Shown here: in pieces, positions 61,008 to 64,000 of the stretch | How positions within the stretch are numbered: position 1 is the first letter of the stretch | How the letters are laid out: every line of letters starts with the position of its first letter | NCBI GenBank assembly: GCA_963664185.2 | Contig: CAXXOQ010000143.1 | Location: 3,821 to 67,820 of the forward strand | DNA from: Caldilineaceae bacterium | GTDB lineage: Bacteria > Chloroflexota > Anaerolineae > Caldilineales > Caldilineaceae | Length of the DNA stretch: 64,000 nt | Direction of reading: 5' to 3' | Notes under the pieces: generated by a model | Databases searched by the model: none | What the model was told of the DNA's origin: nothing | The model's input: only the letters and a program-made list of their open reading frames with translations | Made by a program: the position numbers and the translations under genes

Positions 61008-61388
61008 ATGGAAGAAGTAGCGAACACCCCCAAGGATTTTCTGCCCCTGCTGATCATGGTGCTGGTTTCCCTGGCCGTGGCAGGCGTTGTGATTCTGGTC
61101 CCAATTCTCTTTGGCCCGAAGAATCTGACCCAGACCAAGGGTGAAGCCTACGAGTCGGGCATCATTCCCTTTCACAATACCCATCGGCGGTTTCCGGTGC
61201 AGTATTACCTGATCGCGGTCCTGTTCATCATCTTTGACATAGAGGTCGTATTCCTCTATCCATGGGCGGCCGTGCTGCACAACGCCGCCGTGAAATATGT
61301 CGCGCTGGCAGCCATGGCCCTGTTTCTGGCCATCATTGTGATTGGCTTTGTCTACGAATGGCGCAAGGGCGCCCTGGATTGGGAATAG
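61008..61388 (+). CDS. nuoA: NADH-quinone oxidoreductase subunit A (copy heading the peripheral-arm operon)
   Basis: 126 aa from the ATG at 61008, with YESG, FIIFDIEVVFLYPW and YEWRKGALDWE motifs. Confidence 0.85.
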   Translation: MEEVANTPKDFLPLLIMVLVSLAVAGVVILVPILFGPKNLTQTKGEAYESGIIPFHNTHRRFPVQYYLIAVLFIIFDIEVVFLYPWAAVLHNAAVKYVALAAMALFLAIIVIGFVYEWRKGALDWE

Positions 61389-61403
61389 CAGGGGCACAGA
61401 TCG

Positions 61404-61943
61404 ATGGGTTTGGAACAACTGCTGCCGGAAGACAGTCTGGTCACGGCCCGCCTGGAAGACCTGGTCAACTGGGGCCGCAAGCACAGCACATGGCCCCTGT
61501 TGTTTGGCCTGGCCTGCTGTGCCATGGAAATGATCGCCGCGGGCACCGCCCGCCACGATATTGCCCGTTATGGATCGGAACTGTTTCGGGCGACACCGCG
61601 CCAGGCCGATCTGATCATCGTGTCCGGGCGCGTCAGCAACAAGATGGCGCCGGTCATCCGGCGGCTGTACGACCAGATGCTGGAACCCAAGTGGGTCATC
61701 GCCATGGGCATTTGTGCCAGTGCCGGGGGGCCCTTCAACAACTACGCCATCGTACAGGGCGTAGACAAGATCATCCCGGTAGATGTGTACGTACCTGGCT
61801 GTCCGCCACGTCCCGAGGCATTGCTCTATGGCCTGGATCTGCTCCGCCAGAAACAGGCAGGCGAGCACTTCCGCAAGTACGATTTCACGGCGGCCATGCC
61901 TGCCGCAACCAAGAGCGATTCCGGTCTGGCCGTGCGCGGCTGA
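61404..61943 (+). CDS. nuoB: NADH-quinone oxidoreductase subunit B
   Basis: [17 protein letters not shown] and [10 protein letters not shown]2-cluster motifs. Confidence 0.95.
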   Translation: MGLEQLLPEDSLVTARLEDLVNWGRKHSTWPLLFGLACCAMEMIAAGTARHDIARYGSELFRATPRQADLIIVSGRVSNKMAPVIRRLYDQMLEPKWVIAMGICASAGGPFNNYAIVQGVDKIIPVDVYVPGCPPRPEALLYGLDLLRQKQAGEHFRKYDFTAAMPAATKSDSGLAVRG

Positions 61944-61976
61944 TCTTGCCTCCTGCTCCCGGACAACTTCCACTCT

Positions 61977-63815
61977 ATGCCTCTGCTCAATGTTTCCCCT
62001 GTGCAACGTCCCTATGAGACGCTGCCCAATCTGAATGACATCGCCATTCCGGCACGGGCACCCGCCCTGGGCACCGACACCGAGGATACCCGGGCTATCC
62101 AGGAGCGTTTTGGGGAAGCCATCCAGGATTCGGGCCTGCAGTTCGACTTGCCCTTTGTCGTGGTGCAGCCGGATGCGTTGACGGATCTGGCTACCTGGCT
62201 ACGGGACGGGGAACTGGGTTACCACACGCTGGTGGATGTCACGGCGGTCGATCTTTCCCAGTTGCCGGGCACGACCGGGGACCACCAGTTTCAGACCGTT
62301 TATCAGTTCCGTGCCTATGACCGTCACCTGCATCTGGCCGTGGTGTGTCCCCTGGAGGGCGGACGCAGTCCCGTATGCCCCAGTCTGGCCTCCGTTTTTC
62401 CCGGCGCCATCTGGCCTGAGCGGGAAGTCATTGATCTGATGGGTATCACCTTCACGGGCCATCCGGATCCGCGGCGCATCCTGATGCCGGCCAACTGGCC
62501 GAATCACCCCCTGCGCAAGGAAGTGCCGCTGGGGGGCGAGGACGTGCCCTTCACTCTGACTTGGGATCATCCCGAATTCGAGTCGCTGGGCGAACAGGTG
62601 CTGGAAGCCACCAGCCTGCCGCCGGAACTGCCGCCGGGCATGAGTCGCCAGAACATGATTCTCAACATGGGGCCGCACCATCCCAGCACCCACGGCGTGT
62701 TGCGCCTGGTGGTCGAGCTGGATGGGGAGCGGGTGGTGCATGTGGACCCGGATCTCGGGTACCTGCACAGCGGTTTTGAAAAGACGGGCGAGAACAAGCG
62801 TTACAAGGATTTCGTGTACTACACGGACCGCATGGACTATCTGTCCGCCATGAACAACAACCTGGGGTATGTGCTGGCCGTGGAAGGGATGCTCGGCCTG
62901 GAAGTGCCTGCGCGGGGCCAAGCCATCCGGGTCATCATGGGGGAATTGCAGCGTCTTGCCTCGCACCTGTTCTGGCTTTCGACCCATGTGCTGGATGTTT
63001 CAGGCACAGGCATGAGTCTGCTGATGTACGCGACCCGGGAACGGGAACGGATCCTGGACATGTTCGAAATGGCCTGTGGCGCCCGCCTGACTACCAGCTA
63101 TATCCGCATGGGCGGTGTCTGGAAGGACCTGCCAGAGGCTTTCCTCGGTGCAGTGCGGGAATTCTGTGATCTGATGCCCGGTCGCATTGAGGAATATGCC
63201 ACCATGATGGACGACAGCCCCATCTGGCATACCCGTCTGGATGGCATTGGTCTCGTCACCCGCGAGGAAGCCCTGGCCAAGGGCTTGACGGGTCCCATGC
63301 TGCGGGGGAGCGGGATAGACTGGGACTTGCGCCGGGATCGCCCCTATACGGGCTACGAAAACTACGACTTTGATGTGCCGGTCAGCCAGCGGGGCGATGG
63401 TTACGGCCGGTACGAAGTACGCATGGAGGAGATGCGCCAGAGCGTGCGCATTATCCGCCAGGCGCTGGACCGCCTGCCCGACGGTCCCTATCGGGCGGAA
63501 GATCGCAAGGTGAATCCCCCGCAACGGGCGGAACTCGATGTCAGCATGGAGTCCCTGATTCACCATTTCAAGCTCTTTACCGAAGGTTTCAAGGTGCCCC
63601 CCGGCATGTACTACCATGGCATAGAGGCCAGCAAGGGGGAACTGGGCTTCTTCATCTACAGTGATGGCTCGGGCAAACCCTATCGCCTGCATGTCAGGGG
63701 ACCCAGTTTCAACAATCTCTTTGCCATCAGTGACATGAGCAAGGGGTTGATGCTGTCCGACATCATTACCAATATCGGCTCCATTGACATTGTGCTGGGC
63801 GAAGTCGACCGCTAA
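61977..63815 (+). CDS. nuoCD: Fused NADH-quinone oxidoreductase subunits C and D
   Basis: Single 612 aa ORF. The NuoC-like N-terminal about 200 aa are followed by NuoD motifs (NMGPHHPSTHGVLRL, and GEVDR at the C-terminus). Confidence 0.9.
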   Translation: MPLLNVSPVQRPYETLPNLNDIAIPARAPALGTDTEDTRAIQERFGEAIQDSGLQFDLPFVVVQPDALTDLATWLRDGELGYHTLVDVTAVDLSQLPGTTGDHQFQTVYQFRAYDRHLHLAVVCPLEGGRSPVCPSLASVFPGAIWPEREVIDLMGITFTGHPDPRRILMPANWPNHPLRKEVPLGGEDVPFTLTWDHPEFESLGEQVLEATSLPPELPPGMSRQNMILNMGPHHPSTHGVLRLVVELDGERVVHVDPDLGYLHSGFEKTGENKRYKDFVYYTDRMDYLSAMNNNLGYVLAVEGMLGLEVPARGQAIRVIMGELQRLASHLFWLSTHVLDVSGTGMSLLMYATRERERILDMFEMACGARLTTSYIRMGGVWKDLPEAFLGAVREFCDLMPGRIEEYATMMDDSPIWHTRLDGIGLVTREEALAKGLTGPMLRGSGIDWDLRRDRPYTGYENYDFDVPVSQRGDGYGRYEVRMEEMRQSVRIIRQALDRLPDGPYRAEDRKVNPPQRAELDVSMESLIHHFKLFTEGFKVPPGMYYHGIEASKGELGFFIYSDGSGKPYRLHVRGPSFNNLFAISDMSKGLMLSDIITNIGSIDIVLGEVDR

Positions 63816-63834
63816 CCGCAGGATCATCATCTAC

Positions 63835-64000
63835 ATGGACCAACCCGTTCTTTCTCCCGCGTTGCGCGCCGAAATCCAGGAACTCATGGAGCGCTATCCG
63901 CCTGGCCGGGCCCGCTCCGCCATATTGCCGGCCCTGTATGCCATTCAGCGGGTGCAGGGTCACGCCTCCCTGGCCGCCCAGAACGAGCTGGCCGGGATGC
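63835..64000 (+). CDS. nuoE: NADH-quinone oxidoreductase subunit E, N-terminal fragment (continues off the right edge)
   Basis: My translation from the ATG at 63835 gives MDQPVLSPALRAEIQELMERYPPGRARSAILPALYAIQRVQGH..., a typical NuoE N-terminus. Confidence 0.8.
   Translation, partial: MDQPVLSPALRAEIQELMERYPPGRARSAILPALYAIQRVQGHASLAAQNELAGM

Noticed and set aside
1-64000. Search for tRNA/rRNA/tmRNA/RNase P/SRP RNA signatures, CRISPR repeat arrays, IS elements, integrases and prophage genes.
   Set aside because: Visual scanning found no T-loop GGTTCGAA-type motifs in a tRNA context, no regularly spaced repeats, no RNase P GAGGAAAGTCC motif, and no transposase- or integrase-like ORF. A covariance-model scan would be needed to exclude small ncRNAs in the long gaps (15728-16089, 17282-17921, 46783-47209, 60390-61007).

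Overview
This is a 64 kb chromosomal segment from a high-GC bacterium (about 60-65% GC by eye, not computed). The taxon cannot be determined from the sequence; a Chloroflexota-like organism is only a guess. The window is almost entirely housekeeping genes. In order: ltaE fragment and hisB-hisC-hisD; NUDIX, 2-oxoacid dehydrogenase E1 beta/alpha and cmk; a Zn-ADH; secDF; a TrmH-type methyltransferase; ftsH; dCMP deaminase; livHMGF; prs; bactofilin; tpx; plsY-glpF-glpK; a five-gene peptide ABC importer; glpD; an O-antigen-ligase-like protein; murE. The right end holds a split complex I locus: nuoA-H-J-K-x-L-M-N on the minus strand, divergent from nuoA-B-CD-E on the plus strand. I recognised no rRNA, tRNA, CRISPR array, transposase or integrase. 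Observations worth a second look: (1) a b6f-type Rieske gene with a strong RBS and Tat signal whose cluster-ligand Cys codon is an in-frame TGA; (2) an unannotated TPR-like/2-TM ORF translationally coupled between nuoK and nuoL; (3) the split nuo architecture, with two divergent nuoA paralogs, no nuoI in the membrane-arm operon, and a repeat-rich 620 bp divergent control region; (4) two more AT-rich single-gene islets, each carrying a frameshifted ABC-fold (AAA_15/21-like, one DUF3696-like) ATPase of the type found in phage-defence systems but with no effector partner, plus a decayed Uma2 nuclease gene; (5) livG broken by three single-base homopolymer insertions within about 100 bp that jointly restore the frame. 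No complete novel multi-gene system is demonstrable. The many long antisense ORFs in the supplied track are high-GC shadow ORFs.
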